Assembly: GCA_964482185.1 (NCBI GenBank)
Contig: CAYZWN010000001.1
Span: forward strand, 1 to 63,773
Reading direction: 5' to 3'
Length of the DNA stretch: 63,773 nucleotides
Source of the DNA: an uncultured Roseivirgaceae bacterium
GTDB taxonomy: Bacteria > Bacteroidota > Bacteroidia > Cytophagales > Cyclobacteriaceae
In this document: positions 28,663 to 38,437 of the stretch, in pieces
Numbering within the stretch: the first letter of the stretch is position 1
How the letters are laid out: the number at the start of each line of letters is the position of its first letter
Made by a program: the position numbers and the translations under genes
The notes under the pieces: generated by a model
What the model was told of the DNA's origin: nothing
Seen by the model: the letters and a program-made list of their open reading frames with translations, nothing else
The model's database searches: none

Positions 28663-29145
28663 CTACTCCTCGGTATAAGAAAAAAGCTTTTCGATCATCC
28701 GTTGGCTCTTTCGTACCTGGATTTTAAAATTCTCCCTGACAAGGATGTAATTGACAATGCAAAAACCAAAACTGATAGCGCCGTAAAGCCAGGCCTGGTA
28801 AATACCTATGAAGAAGATTGTCAGCAAGAAAGTAAGAATAGTCCAGAAAAGAAGCAACTTCCTGGTCCCAGGGAACATGCTGTAAACCAGGCGCACAAGG
28901 ATGCCCTCATCCGATGATACCATTTTTCCGTTGATGAGGGGAATAAAATTGTTGGATATCTGCAGAACCAGGGAAATGGAAAAGCTTTCCCTGTTCCATA
29001 CGCCATTGAACAAGTGTCCGGGTTTTGAATCTTCTTCTGCATGTTTGTCGAGGGGCCGGATGAATTTACCCAGGTTATTGAGTAACTGCCGCTCCGGCAA
29101 GGTGACCAGTCTGGTCTCTTCCTTTTTGGGATAAAATGCTGCCAT
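28663..29145 (-). CDS. Membrane protein, hypothetical
   Basis: The ORF-track start is 29163. An ATG at 29145 (MAAFYPKKEE...) shares its A with the TGA stop of the upstream RidA gene (TGATG coupling). Two C-terminal TM segments are predicted. Confidence 0.5.
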   Translation of the reverse strand: MAAFYPKKEETRLVTLPERQLLNNLGKFIRPLDKHAEEDSKPGHLFNGVWNRESFSISLVLQISNNFIPLINGKMVSSDEGILVRLVYSMFPGTRKLLLFWTILTFLLTIFFIGIYQAWLYGAISFGFCIVNYILVRENFKIQVRKSQRMIEKLFSYTEE

Positions 29146-29525
29146 CAGTCCACTGCTATGCATGATATCTCCACATCTGCCATTTTTGGTAATTTATTTA
29201 CTTCGATGGTTTCGCGCGCCGGTGGATCGGATTCGAAATATTTCTGATAAATGGCATTCACCGTTGAAAAATCATTGATGTCTGTCACAAAAATGCTGCA
29301 CTTCACCACATTGCAAAAGTCCATGCCGGCTGCCTTGAGGATCGACCGGATGTTTTCCATAACTTGTTGCGTTGCCTGTGATATATCCTCTGTAATGATC
29401 TTTCCAGACTGTGGATTTATTGGTATTTGTCCTGATACGTAGAGTGTATTACCGACTTTCACCGCCTGACTGTAAGGCCCCACTGGCGCAGGTGCCTTTT
29501 CCGTAAAGATGATTTCCTTTTTCAT
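29145..29525 (-). CDS. RidA/YjgF family reactive-intermediate deaminase
   Basis: 126-aa ORF: APAPVGPYSQAV, YVSGQIP, PARETIEV. Confidence 0.9.
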   Translation of the reverse strand: MKKEIIFTEKAPAPVGPYSQAVKVGNTLYVSGQIPINPQSGKIITEDISQATQQVMENIRSILKAAGMDFCNVVKCSIFVTDINDFSTVNAIYQKYFESDPPARETIEVNKLPKMADVEISCIAVD

Positions 29526-29618
29526 ATTGATTATTGGTTAATTCAAGTGAATGAACTAAAAATACGGTGCAAAATATTAGTTTTGTGCCGCTAATGAAAT
29601 AAATAAAACGATTAAAGC

Positions 29619-30662
29619 ATGCATCTCAAAAATGATTTATTACTCCGCGCGGCAATGGGAGAAAAAACAGAACGCACACCGGTTTGGGTAATGCGTCAGG
29701 CGGGGAGAATTCTGAAGGAGTACAGGGAAGTCCGCAGCAGGTTGTCAGGTTTTATCGAATTAGTCCAGACACCGGATCTGGCGGCAGAGGTAACGATTCA
29801 GCCGGTAGATATTCTGGGTGTGGATGCAGCGATTATTTTTTCTGATATACTGGTGATCCCGGAAGCCATGGGACTGCCTTATACCATGGAAGAAAAGAAA
29901 GGACCATTTTTCCCGGAAACGGTGAGAACGGAAACCGACCTGAAGAAATTAAGAATTGCCGATGAAGACAGCCTTGGCTATGTGGCCGAAGCCATCCGGA
30001 TAACAAAGCGTGAATTGAACGGCCGCGTGCCTTTGATCGGCTTTGCCGGCGCTCCCTGGACAATTTTCTGCTACATGGTAGAGGGCAAAGGCAGCAAAAC
30101 CTTCTCCTTTGCCAGGAAGATGTTGTACAACAACCCTGAATTCGCACATGCTCTGCTGGAAAAAATTACGGAAAGTACCATCAACTATCTGAAAAGTCAG
30201 ATCAAATCCGGTGCCGATATTGTCCAGATTTTTGATTCCTGGGCGGGTATTTTACCAACTAATCAGTACGATGAATTTGCCCTGAAATACATCTCAAAAA
30301 TTACGGAGGCCATTACAGAGGTGCCGGTGACCGTATTTGCCAAAGGTGCATATGGCGCCAGAACACTTATTGGTCAGACGGGTTGCCATGTCGTTGGCCT
30401 GGACTGGAACATGGATATAAATGAGTCCCGCACCCTGATAGGTCCACATAAGACCTTACAGGGCAACCTGGATCCTGCCACACTTTATGCTGATTTCAAT
30501 ACAATTAGGTCAGAAACCAGAAAAATGATCGATCAGTTTGGGCCAGACAGGCACATTGCCAATCTTGGCCATGGTGTGTATCCGGACATAGATGCAGATA
30601 AGGTAAAGTGCTTTATCGATGAGGTGAAAGCATACAGCAGCGAAATCCGCCCTGCGTTTTAA
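29619..30662 (+). CDS. hemE: Uroporphyrinogen decarboxylase
   Basis: 347-aa ORF: [33 protein letters not shown]. Confidence 0.95.
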   Translation: MHLKNDLLLRAAMGEKTERTPVWVMRQAGRILKEYREVRSRLSGFIELVQTPDLAAEVTIQPVDILGVDAAIIFSDILVIPEAMGLPYTMEEKKGPFFPETVRTETDLKKLRIADEDSLGYVAEAIRITKRELNGRVPLIGFAGAPWTIFCYMVEGKGSKTFSFARKMLYNNPEFAHALLEKITESTINYLKSQIKSGADIVQIFDSWAGILPTNQYDEFALKYISKITEAITEVPVTVFAKGAYGARTLIGQTGCHVVGLDWNMDINESRTLIGPHKTLQGNLDPATLYADFNTIRSETRKMIDQFGPDRHIANLGHGVYPDIDADKVKCFIDEVKAYSSEIRPAF

Positions 30663-31135
30663 TTCATTCTTACAGTATAGCTTCCATCCAATCCGGAAAC
30701 TCTGCCTCCACTTGATGGACTCACCTCGAATGAAAATGTAAGTGTTGTATCGGTGATATCTACACCGGTAAGTTCAGCGACTGATGCTTCAAACAAAGTG
30801 ATGATGTCAGTTCCGGAACCAGACCAAATCCAGATGACGTTATTGGCAGAAAGAAAATCTTCTGCTCCCGAGGCCGTAAAAAAGGTGGGTGCCCAGTCAT
30901 CCGCGCCGGATGTACTAAAAGAAACCTGAAGCGATAGCAAGCCTGAAAAATCCACACCTGCCGGGCTCGCCAAAACTTCGACATTCCCCGGGCCACCCCA
31001 TGGACTATTCTCATCGAGGATTTTAGCGTCTTGCTGCTGCAATGAAAGCGAGGGGGGTATATCATCACCACAACCGGCAATGAAAACGAGTCCAACTGTG
31101 AAGGCAATCGCAAATAGAAATTTTAATATTTTCAT
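30659..31135 (-). CDS. Lipoprotein, hypothetical
   Basis: 158-aa ORF with lipobox [10 protein letters not shown]. Its stop overlaps the hemE stop in a shared TTAA. Confidence 0.6.
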   Translation of the reverse strand: MKILKFLFAIAFTVGLVFIAGCGDDIPPSLSLQQQDAKILDENSPWGGPGNVEVLASPAGVDFSGLLSLQVSFSTSGADDWAPTFFTASGAEDFLSANNVIWIWSGSGTDIITLFEASVAELTGVDITDTTLTFSFEVSPSSGGRVSGLDGSYTVRMN

Positions 31136-31243
31136 GTTATTCCTTTTTAAAAAAAATCAGCCATGACGTTTCAAATTAAATAACCCGGATTATTTCACAT
31201 ATTCCAAAATTATAAAATCTCATTTACGGCTCCGGATTTCAGA

Positions 31244-31864
31244 CTATTTTTTATACGCTAATATATCTACAATATTATTACAAAAGCTGTATTCATCCTG
31301 GCGGTTTGAGCAAACAAATACCATTTTCTCTGGCAGAATTTTCCCGACCTCATTGATATACCACTCAAAACCACTTTTATCGAGATTTGTTGCCGGCTCA
31401 TCAAGCAAAATCAATGGAACCTCCGCATAAAAAGCCACGCCGAGTTTCAGTCGTTGCTTCATCCCGGTTGAAAAGTTTTTAATATACTTATTTGTCGCGT
31501 GCTCCAACTGCATGATTTCCGGCAATGCATCAATCTCATACCCAGCCTTCAGCGTTTTAAATTTAAAGTGGAATTCCAGAAATTCCATGAGGGTAAAGTC
31601 TTCCGGCAAACTCATTGCAGGGGCTACCATGGCCAAATGTTTGTACATATCTTCCGGGTTGATGATTTCCTGATGATGGCGGCAGGAAATCTGTCCTTCT
31701 GTATGTAACAGACTGCCTGCAATAATCTGCAATAATGTAGATTTTCCACTGCCATTAGGACCTGTAATAGCTGTGATATCTGATTGTTGAATTTGGAGGG
31801 AAATACTCCTGAATACCCATTCCCGGTTGAATTTTTTCGCAACCTGCTCAAGCTGTATTTCCAT
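31244..31864 (-). CDS. ABC transporter ATP-binding protein (no cognate permease nearby)
   Basis: 206-aa ORF with Walker A GPNGSGKST, signature-like FSTGMKQRL and Walker B LILLDEP. Confidence 0.85.
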   Translation of the reverse strand: MEIQLEQVAKKFNREWVFRSISLQIQQSDITAITGPNGSGKSTLLQIIAGSLLHTEGQISCRHHQEIINPEDMYKHLAMVAPAMSLPEDFTLMEFLEFHFKFKTLKAGYEIDALPEIMQLEHATNKYIKNFSTGMKQRLKLGVAFYAEVPLILLDEPATNLDKSGFEWYINEVGKILPEKMVFVCSNRQDEYSFCNNIVDILAYKK

Positions 31865-31882
31865 TCAGGGAAGTTTAAAATA

Positions 31883-32668
31883 TCAGGGCTTATTGCTATA
31901 GCCCTTCATGACACCCCGATCCGAATTGGATACAAAGTTCAATATTTCATCGCGCTCTTTAGAGCTGGGCATTTCCATACGGATTGTATCCAGCGCCTTG
32001 GAATTATTTTTACCCCTGAGATAAATACTCCGGTAAATCTCCTGAATCTCATTGATTTTTTCATTCGAAAATCCCCGCCTTCTCAAACCAATTGAATTGA
32101 TACCTGCGTAACTGAGCGGTTCTCTTGCGGCAGTAACAAAGGGCGGCACATCTTTTCTGACCAGAGAACCACCGGCTATCATCACATGCGCCCCGATTTT
32201 TACGAATTGGTGAACGGCAGTGGAGCCTCCGACAATTGCATAATCATCAATAAACACATGTCCGGCCAGTTGAACACAGTTTGCCAGTATTACCCGGTCC
32301 TTGATTATACAATCGTGCGCAATGTGCACGTAGGCCATAATCAGGCAATTCGAGCCGATAATCGTCTTATGCTTTTCGACCGTGCCGCGGCTAATCGTAA
32401 CGCACTCCCGGATCACAGTGTTGTCGCCAATCTCGGTGGTGGTTTTTTCGCCTGCAAACTTAAGGTCCTGAGGCACACCGGAAATAACCGCACCAGGAAA
32501 TATTTTGCAGTTTTTCCCAATGCGTGCGCCTTCCATGATGGTGACATTAGAACCGATCCATGTTCCTTCATCGATCACCACATCTTTGTGAATAGTAGAA
32601 AATGGCTCAATTACTACATTGTCGGCAATTTTGGCTTCGGGGTGAATGTATGCTAATGGTTGATTCAT
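31883..32668 (-). CDS. lpxA: Acyl-ACP--UDP-N-acetylglucosamine O-acyltransferase
   Basis: 261-aa left-handed beta-helix hexapeptide-repeat ORF with the LpxA C-terminal helical domain. It lies in an lpxD-lpxC/fabZ-lpxA context. Confidence 0.92.
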   Translation of the reverse strand: MNQPLAYIHPEAKIADNVVIEPFSTIHKDVVIDEGTWIGSNVTIMEGARIGKNCKIFPGAVISGVPQDLKFAGEKTTTEIGDNTVIRECVTISRGTVEKHKTIIGSNCLIMAYVHIAHDCIIKDRVILANCVQLAGHVFIDDYAIVGGSTAVHQFVKIGAHVMIAGGSLVRKDVPPFVTAAREPLSYAGINSIGLRRRGFSNEKINEIQEIYRSIYLRGKNNSKALDTIRMEMPSSKERDEILNFVSNSDRGVMKGYSNKP

Positions 32669-34059
32669 TGATTTTTCTTGACTATGCTTGCAATCATTGT
32701 ACTTTCCGTTACAAGCTTATTTCCAACAAATGCCCGACCCCTCATTTTTGCTATTCCTCTCTTAATAGGCTCCAGCAAATCGCATCGTATGATCAGTGTA
32801 TCGCCGGGCATCACAGGTCTTCTAAACTTGCAATCTTCAATTTTTAAAAAGTATGTCCAGTAATTTTGGGGATCGGGAACGGTATTCAGCACAAAAATAC
32901 CACCAATCTGAGCCATGGCCTCAACGATCAAAACTCCCGGCATTACCGGATTTCCGGGAAAATGCCCCTGGAAAAAGTTTTCGTTGAACGTCACATTTTT
33001 TATCCCCGCGACCGTTTTGTCATCGATATAGGTTACTTTATCAATGAGTAAAAAAGGGTAGGTGTGCGGCAAAATTTCCTTTATCTGGTTGATATCATAA
33101 ACCGGAGTCTGGTTAGGATCATAGTGGGGCACGTTGGCAAGTTCATACTTTTCCATCATGCGTTTGATCTTTTTGGCGAAGGCCACATTTGCGGCATGCC
33201 CTGGTCGGGCGGCTAGTATCTGGGCTTTAAGCGGTCGTCCGGCAAGTGCCAAATCACCCATTACATCCAAAAGCTTATGCCTGGCAGGCTCGTTGTGATG
33301 CCGCAGTTCAACATTATTCAATATGCCCTCTTTCTTTACGATGACCTTGGGTTTGTTAAATAATTTGGCCAGGTAATCCAGTTCCCCGTCTTCTACAACG
33401 CGATCTACAACAACGATAGCATTATTCAGGTCGCCTCCCCGAATCAGGTTATTTTTATACAACATCTCCAGCTCGTGTAAAAAGCAAAATGTGCGGGACG
33501 ATGCAATTTCTTTTTTAAACTGTGAAATATGCGTAAGCGATGCGTGCTGACTCCCTAAAACAGGAGATTTGTAATCGATCATCACCGTTACGCGGTAGTC
33601 ATCAAGAGGAAGCGCTGCAATCTCTACATCTCTTGCCGAATCTCTGTAGAAGATACTTTCAGGAACGGCGAAAAAATTGCGCAATGCATTTTGCTCTTCG
33701 GTGCCTGCCTCCTCAAGCGCTTCAATAAACATCCTGGAACTTCCATCCATAATCGGAGGCTCCGGTCCGTCAAGTTGGATGAGAATATTATCGATTTGCA
33801 TACCCACAAGAGCGGCCATGGTATGCTCCACGGTATTGATTCTGGCGCCGTTTTGCTCGATGGTTGTACCTCGCGAAAGATCGACCACATTGTCAACATC
33901 CGCATCAACAATTGGTTCGCCGGGAAGATCAGTTCTCTGAAATTTGATGCCGTAATTAGGCTTTGCAGAAAGAAATGTCATGTTGGCCACCACTCCTGTG
34001 TGGAGACCAACACCACTCAAGGTGACCGGTTTTTTTATTGTATGCTGCTTTAACTGCAT
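32665..34059 (-). CDS. lpxC/fabZ: Bifunctional UDP-3-O-acyl-GlcNAc deacetylase / 3-hydroxyacyl-ACP dehydratase
   Basis: 464-aa ORF. The N-terminal LpxC part has GVGLHTG, TVEH and HKLLD. The C-terminal FabZ hot-dog part has [20 protein letters not shown] and PGVL. This fusion is typical of Bacteroidota. Confidence 0.93.
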   Translation of the reverse strand: MQLKQHTIKKPVTLSGVGLHTGVVANMTFLSAKPNYGIKFQRTDLPGEPIVDADVDNVVDLSRGTTIEQNGARINTVEHTMAALVGMQIDNILIQLDGPEPPIMDGSSRMFIEALEEAGTEEQNALRNFFAVPESIFYRDSARDVEIAALPLDDYRVTVMIDYKSPVLGSQHASLTHISQFKKEIASSRTFCFLHELEMLYKNNLIRGGDLNNAIVVVDRVVEDGELDYLAKLFNKPKVIVKKEGILNNVELRHHNEPARHKLLDVMGDLALAGRPLKAQILAARPGHAANVAFAKKIKRMMEKYELANVPHYDPNQTPVYDINQIKEILPHTYPFLLIDKVTYIDDKTVAGIKNVTFNENFFQGHFPGNPVMPGVLIVEAMAQIGGIFVLNTVPDPQNYWTYFLKIEDCKFRRPVMPGDTLIIRCDLLEPIKRGIAKMRGRAFVGNKLVTESTMIASIVKKNQ

Positions 34060-34068
34060 TCACCTAAC

Positions 34069-35109
34069 TTAATTAGCGGGCAAATTTAGTATTTTTTTTT
34101 CAAGTTCATTAAGTCTTTGGCTTAATTGTGGAAGGTTCCTGAAAACGGCATGGCACTTCAGATACTCTTTATGGTCCATCGCCGGATAGCCAAACTTGAC
34201 TGTCCCTTCCTTTTTAATTGATTTGGCAAGCCCGGTTTTGGCCGCTAAGGTAACCCTGTCAGCAATCTCCAGATGGCCAACAACACCCACCTGACCTGCC
34301 AATACGCAATTCTTCCCGAATTTTGTCGATCCGGAAATCCCGGTTTGGGAGGCGATAACGGTATTGGCACCTATTTCAACGTTGTGCGCGATTTGAACAA
34401 GGTTGTCAAGTTTCACTCCTGCATCGATAATTGTGCGGCCAAGGGTGGCGCAATCTATGGTCGTATTGGCGCCAATTTCCACATTGTCGCGAATAATTAC
34501 GTTTCCTAGCTGAGGTATTTTCTTATAGGTTTCGTCAGGCTGGGGAGCAAAACCAAATCCATCACTTCCGATCACAGCACCAGAATGTATGATGCAGTTG
34601 TTGCCTATGATCGTTCCTGAGTAGATTTTCACTCCGGCATACAAAATACAGTTATCTCCGATCCGCACATCGTCACCTATATAGGTTTGTGGGTATATTT
34701 TTACGTTATGGCCAATCAATGTTTTTGAACCAATGTATGAAAAAGCTCCCCGATATGCTTTTTCTCCCACCTGGGCGTCATCTGCAATAAATGAAGGGTT
34801 TTCAACCCCCACTTTGGCAAAACTTGCAATTTTATCATATTCTTCCAGCAGTACTGTGAAACTTGAGTATGGATCAGCTACCCGTATCAAAGTGGTTGCC
34901 ACGGCTTTTTCCGGCACAAAATCATCTTTCACTATGACGGCAGAAGCCTCAGTTGAATAGATAAATTTTTCATATTTGGGATTAGCCAGAAAAGAAATGG
35001 CCCCTGTTTTGGCATCTTCTATTTTGCCGATCGTGTAAACTTTTTGCTGGCCGTCACCATCGACCTTACCTTGCAGCATAGCTGCTATCTGATTTATTGA
35101 AAGCTCCAT
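34069..35109 (-). CDS. lpxD: UDP-3-O-(3-hydroxyacyl)glucosamine N-acyltransferase
   Basis: 346-aa ORF with the N-terminal LpxD domain (ISFLANPKY) followed by hexapeptide repeats. Confidence 0.92.
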   Translation of the reverse strand: MELSINQIAAMLQGKVDGDGQQKVYTIGKIEDAKTGAISFLANPKYEKFIYSTEASAVIVKDDFVPEKAVATTLIRVADPYSSFTVLLEEYDKIASFAKVGVENPSFIADDAQVGEKAYRGAFSYIGSKTLIGHNVKIYPQTYIGDDVRIGDNCILYAGVKIYSGTIIGNNCIIHSGAVIGSDGFGFAPQPDETYKKIPQLGNVIIRDNVEIGANTTIDCATLGRTIIDAGVKLDNLVQIAHNVEIGANTVIASQTGISGSTKFGKNCVLAGQVGVVGHLEIADRVTLAAKTGLAKSIKKEGTVKFGYPAMDHKEYLKCHAVFRNLPQLSQRLNELEKKILNLPAN

Positions 35110-35172
35110 CTATTGATAATTTGCAATGAATGAGAAATAAACTGATTGCTAATTTTGGGGATTTTAGGAAAA

Positions 35173-36396
35173 CTATTGCAAAGATATATTTTTCGGCCAG
35201 CAAAGGCAGTGCTTTTTTACAATTTTGCGCATGGCTTTGATATTTGGCAAATCTGATGCATTGGCTATATCCACAATCTCACCTGCCCTGGTAAGGATAT
35301 TGATCTGCTTTCCACCACCGATGTATGCGGCGTTGCTCTTCACCCCTTCGATGACAAAATTTTTGACAAGTTTATCATCTACACAAAGCTTTTTGCCTAC
35401 TTCATTTTTCAGGCTTTGAAGCAGGCTTTTGTCGATTCGATGCTCAGTGAGCAATACATTGAACAACCTGCGCTCTAAAAACATGGTGCATAATTCTGAC
35501 AAAACCGCATCGCTGCACCTGTACCATTGTTTTATGCCGCCAATGATGTCGTAGTCATCAAGCCGGCAAAAAGCAGCTAAAACCTCCTTATCTGTCTCAA
35601 GAATTTGTGGCGTTACCTTATTCCTTATGAAATACCCAAGTTCGGGGGTGAGTTCTATCTGATCGGCAACCTCGCGCACACGCCTGACGATCTGAATAAT
35701 CATTTTTTCAATGCCTACCGTGGTCTTGTGAATATATACCTGCCAGTACATGAGTCGCCTTGCGCTGAGAAAATTTTCGATGGAATAAATCCCCTTCTCC
35801 TCAACCACCAGTTCATCTTTGTACACGTTGAGGAGTTTAATAATCCGCTCAGAGCCGATTCGCCCTTCCACCACGCCTGTAAAAAAACTGTCCCTGTTTA
35901 GATAGTCCAGGCGATCGATATCGAGTTGGCTCGAAACCAACTGATGCAGGAATTTTCTGTGATAGCTACCATTGAAAATCTGCATCGCCAGATTAAGCTC
36001 AGCGTGAAACGCTTTATTCAAAGCACCCATCACTATCGATGACAATTGTTCATGGCCTGTTCCGGGCACAAGTTCATTTTCCAGTGCATGAGAAAACGGC
36101 CCATGACCTACATCATGCAGGAGTATGGCGACAAGGGCCGCGTCAAACTCTGCCTGATCGATTTCGACTCCTTTTTTCTGCAGATTCAACAAGGCTTCTT
36201 GCATCAGATGCATCGAACCCAGGGCATGATGAAAGCGCGTGTGCAATGCACCCGGATAAACAAAATCAGTCATGCCCAACTGCTTGATACGCCTCAAACG
36301 CTGAAAATAAGGGTGGTTGATGATATCATAAATCAAATCATTGGGTATCGTAATGAAGCCGTAAAGCGGATCATTGATGATTTTTCTCTTATTCAA
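35173..36396 (-). CDS. HD-domain phosphohydrolase (dNTP triphosphohydrolase/SAMHD1-like family)
   Basis: 407-aa ORF: INDPLYGFI, FQRLRRIKQLG, TRFHHALGSMHL, LLHDVGHGPFSH, IDRLDYLNRDS. Confidence 0.85.
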   Translation of the reverse strand: MNKRKIINDPLYGFITIPNDLIYDIINHPYFQRLRRIKQLGMTDFVYPGALHTRFHHALGSMHLMQEALLNLQKKGVEIDQAEFDAALVAILLHDVGHGPFSHALENELVPGTGHEQLSSIVMGALNKAFHAELNLAMQIFNGSYHRKFLHQLVSSQLDIDRLDYLNRDSFFTGVVEGRIGSERIIKLLNVYKDELVVEEKGIYSIENFLSARRLMYWQVYIHKTTVGIEKMIIQIVRRVREVADQIELTPELGYFIRNKVTPQILETDKEVLAAFCRLDDYDIIGGIKQWYRCSDAVLSELCTMFLERRLFNVLLTEHRIDKSLLQSLKNEVGKKLCVDDKLVKNFVIEGVKSNAAYIGGGKQINILTRAGEIVDIANASDLPNIKAMRKIVKKHCLCWPKNISLQ

Positions 36397-36449
36397 TTTT
36401 TAATTGATTAATTTAGTGTTCTCACTTGAAATCATTCAAAAAAGCAACT

Positions 36450-38009
36450 ATGCAAAGATATAAGATTTTATGGGCTGATGATGAAATTGAATTATTGAAG
36501 CCACATATACTGTTTTTGACACAAAAAGGATATGATATCACCCCCGTAACAAGCGGACCGGACGCAATGGACGAGTTGGAAAATGCCACGTATGATATCA
36601 TTTTTTTAGATGAAAATATGCCCGGCATGACAGGCCTGGAAACGCTATCAAAAATCAAAACCCAAAATGCTGATGTGCCTGTCGTGATGATCACAAAAAG
36701 TGAAGAAGAACACATTATGGAGGAAGCCATAGCTTCAAAAATTGCGGATTACCTGATCAAACCGATCAATCCCAACCAGATACTGCTATCGATAAAAAAA
36801 CTGCTCGATAATAAAAGGCTTGTTTCCGAGCGTACCAATATCAGCTATCAGCAGGATTTCAGAAATATCAGCATGGCCTTTAATGATTACCTGAATCATG
36901 CCGAATGGGCCGACGTGTATAAAAAGCTGATCTATTGGGAACTCGAAATGAGTAGCGTAGGCAACGTGGAAATGAACGAGGTGTTGGATATGCAAAAAAG
37001 TGAGGCCAACCAGAATTTTGCCAAATTTATCATCGATCATTACGAAGACTGGCTCAATGACCCTGATAGTGATCGCCCTCTTTTATCTCATGAACTCATG
37101 CGAAAAAAGGTTTTCCCGGAATTAAAACAAGGTACCCCGCTGTTTTTCATTGTCATTGATAATTTGCGCTATGACCAGTGGAAAGTGCTGCAGGGGCTTA
37201 TTCAGGATTTGTTCATAATCAACAGTGAGGAAAGCTACTATTCAATTCTGCCCACAGCTACGGCTTATGCGAGAAATGCGATTTTCTCAGGCATGCTGCC
37301 ATCTGATATGGTAAAATATCATCCCGACATCTGGGTCGGAGAGGATGTAGAAGACGGCAAGAATAATTTTGAGGACAAATTCCTCGAAAGGCAAATCAAA
37401 AAAATGCGTTTGGATATCAAGTGGAGTTACAATAAAATAAAAAATATCGCTCAGGGAAAAAATCTTACTGACATTTATAATAACCTGCTTGGCAACGATC
37501 TCAATGTGATCGTTTACAACTTCGTGGATATGCTTTCTCATGCGCGGACTGAAATGGAAATGCTGCGTGAGTTAGCTCCTGACGAACGTGCGTACCGCTC
37601 ACTTACCAAATCGTGGTTTTCCCATTCACCATTGCTGGATATGCTCAAAAAGATATCGAAATCCGATGCCCGGGTGATGCTGACTACAGATCATGGTACT
37701 GTGCGGGTCAAAAGGCCATTCAAAATAGTTGGAGATAAAAATACCAATACAAATCTCCGCTTCAAATTAGGCAAGAACCTCGGTTTTGAAAGTAACAAAG
37801 CTTTTGTTGTGCGCAAACCGGAGAATATTTTTCTTCCAAAATTGAATGTATCTTCCGCATACGTCTTTGCCATTGAAGATTATTTTTTCGCATATCCCAA
37901 TAATTATAATTATTATGTTAAGTACTACAACGACACTTTTCAGCACGGCGGAGTTAGCCTTGAGGAGATGATTATTCCTTTTGTTTCACTAACTTCAAAA
38001 AACAGATAG
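36450..38009 (+). CDS. porX: PorX-type response regulator: receiver domain fused to a PglZ (alkaline-phosphatase superfamily) domain
   Basis: The ORF-track start is TTG 36426; the first ATG is 36450 (MQRYKILWADDE). Receiver motifs are present (DIIFLDENMPGMTG). They are followed by a PglZ-like region (FIVIDNLRYDQW, ARNAIFSG, TTDHGT). Confidence 0.85.
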   Translation: MQRYKILWADDEIELLKPHILFLTQKGYDITPVTSGPDAMDELENATYDIIFLDENMPGMTGLETLSKIKTQNADVPVVMITKSEEEHIMEEAIASKIADYLIKPINPNQILLSIKKLLDNKRLVSERTNISYQQDFRNISMAFNDYLNHAEWADVYKKLIYWELEMSSVGNVEMNEVLDMQKSEANQNFAKFIIDHYEDWLNDPDSDRPLLSHELMRKKVFPELKQGTPLFFIVIDNLRYDQWKVLQGLIQDLFIINSEESYYSILPTATAYARNAIFSGMLPSDMVKYHPDIWVGEDVEDGKNNFEDKFLERQIKKMRLDIKWSYNKIKNIAQGKNLTDIYNNLLGNDLNVIVYNFVDMLSHARTEMEMLRELAPDERAYRSLTKSWFSHSPLLDMLKKISKSDARVMLTTDHGTVRVKRPFKIVGDKNTNTNLRFKLGKNLGFESNKAFVVRKPENIFLPKLNVSSAYVFAIEDYFFAYPNNYNYYVKYYNDTFQHGGVSLEEMIIPFVSLTSKNR

Positions 38010-38011
38010 AA

Positions 38012-38437
38012 GTGGTTATCAATGTGGATTCAGAGGGGGCGATGTTGGAGGCCATCCCTGAGATCGTAAGATTTGCCGAAGTTGAAAAGATATGGTTGTT
38101 TTTTGGAGAAATGGGTGCCGGTAAAACCACATTGATCAAAGGCATTGCCAGCGTATTTGGCGTGGAAGAAATCGTACAAAGCCCAACCTTCAGCATTGTG
38201 AATGAATACCGCAACCTTGACGAAGAAATTTTTTATCACTTCGATTTTTACAGGATTTCAAAAGAAACCGAAGCCCTCGATATTGGCATAGAGGAGTATT
38301 TCGAATCAGGAAATCATTGCTTTATCGAATGGCCGGAAAAAATTTTAAACCTCCTCCCGGAAAATTACCTTAAGATAAATATCGAAATTATTTCGGAAAC
38401 ATCCCGGTCAATTAAACTTACGCATTATGGCAAATAA
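38012..38437 (+). CDS. tsaE: tRNA t6A37 biosynthesis ATPase TsaE
   Basis: 141-aa ORF with a GTG start 2 nt after the porX stop. It has P-loop GEMGAGKTTL, SPTFSIVNEY, HFDFYR and IEWPE. Confidence 0.88.
   Translation: MVINVDSEGAMLEAIPEIVRFAEVEKIWLFFGEMGAGKTTLIKGIASVFGVEEIVQSPTFSIVNEYRNLDEEIFYHFDFYRISKETEALDIGIEEYFESGNHCFIEWPEKILNLLPENYLKINIEIISETSRSIKLTHYGK

Noticed and set aside
36450-38009. The PglZ domain might signal a BREX/DISARM-like phage defence locus.
   Set aside because: The PglZ domain is fused to a CheY-like receiver, which is the PorX architecture. It is flanked by tsaE, an alanine dehydrogenase-like gene and the lipid A operon. No PglX methyltransferase, BrxC ATPase, BrxL or other BREX component is present.
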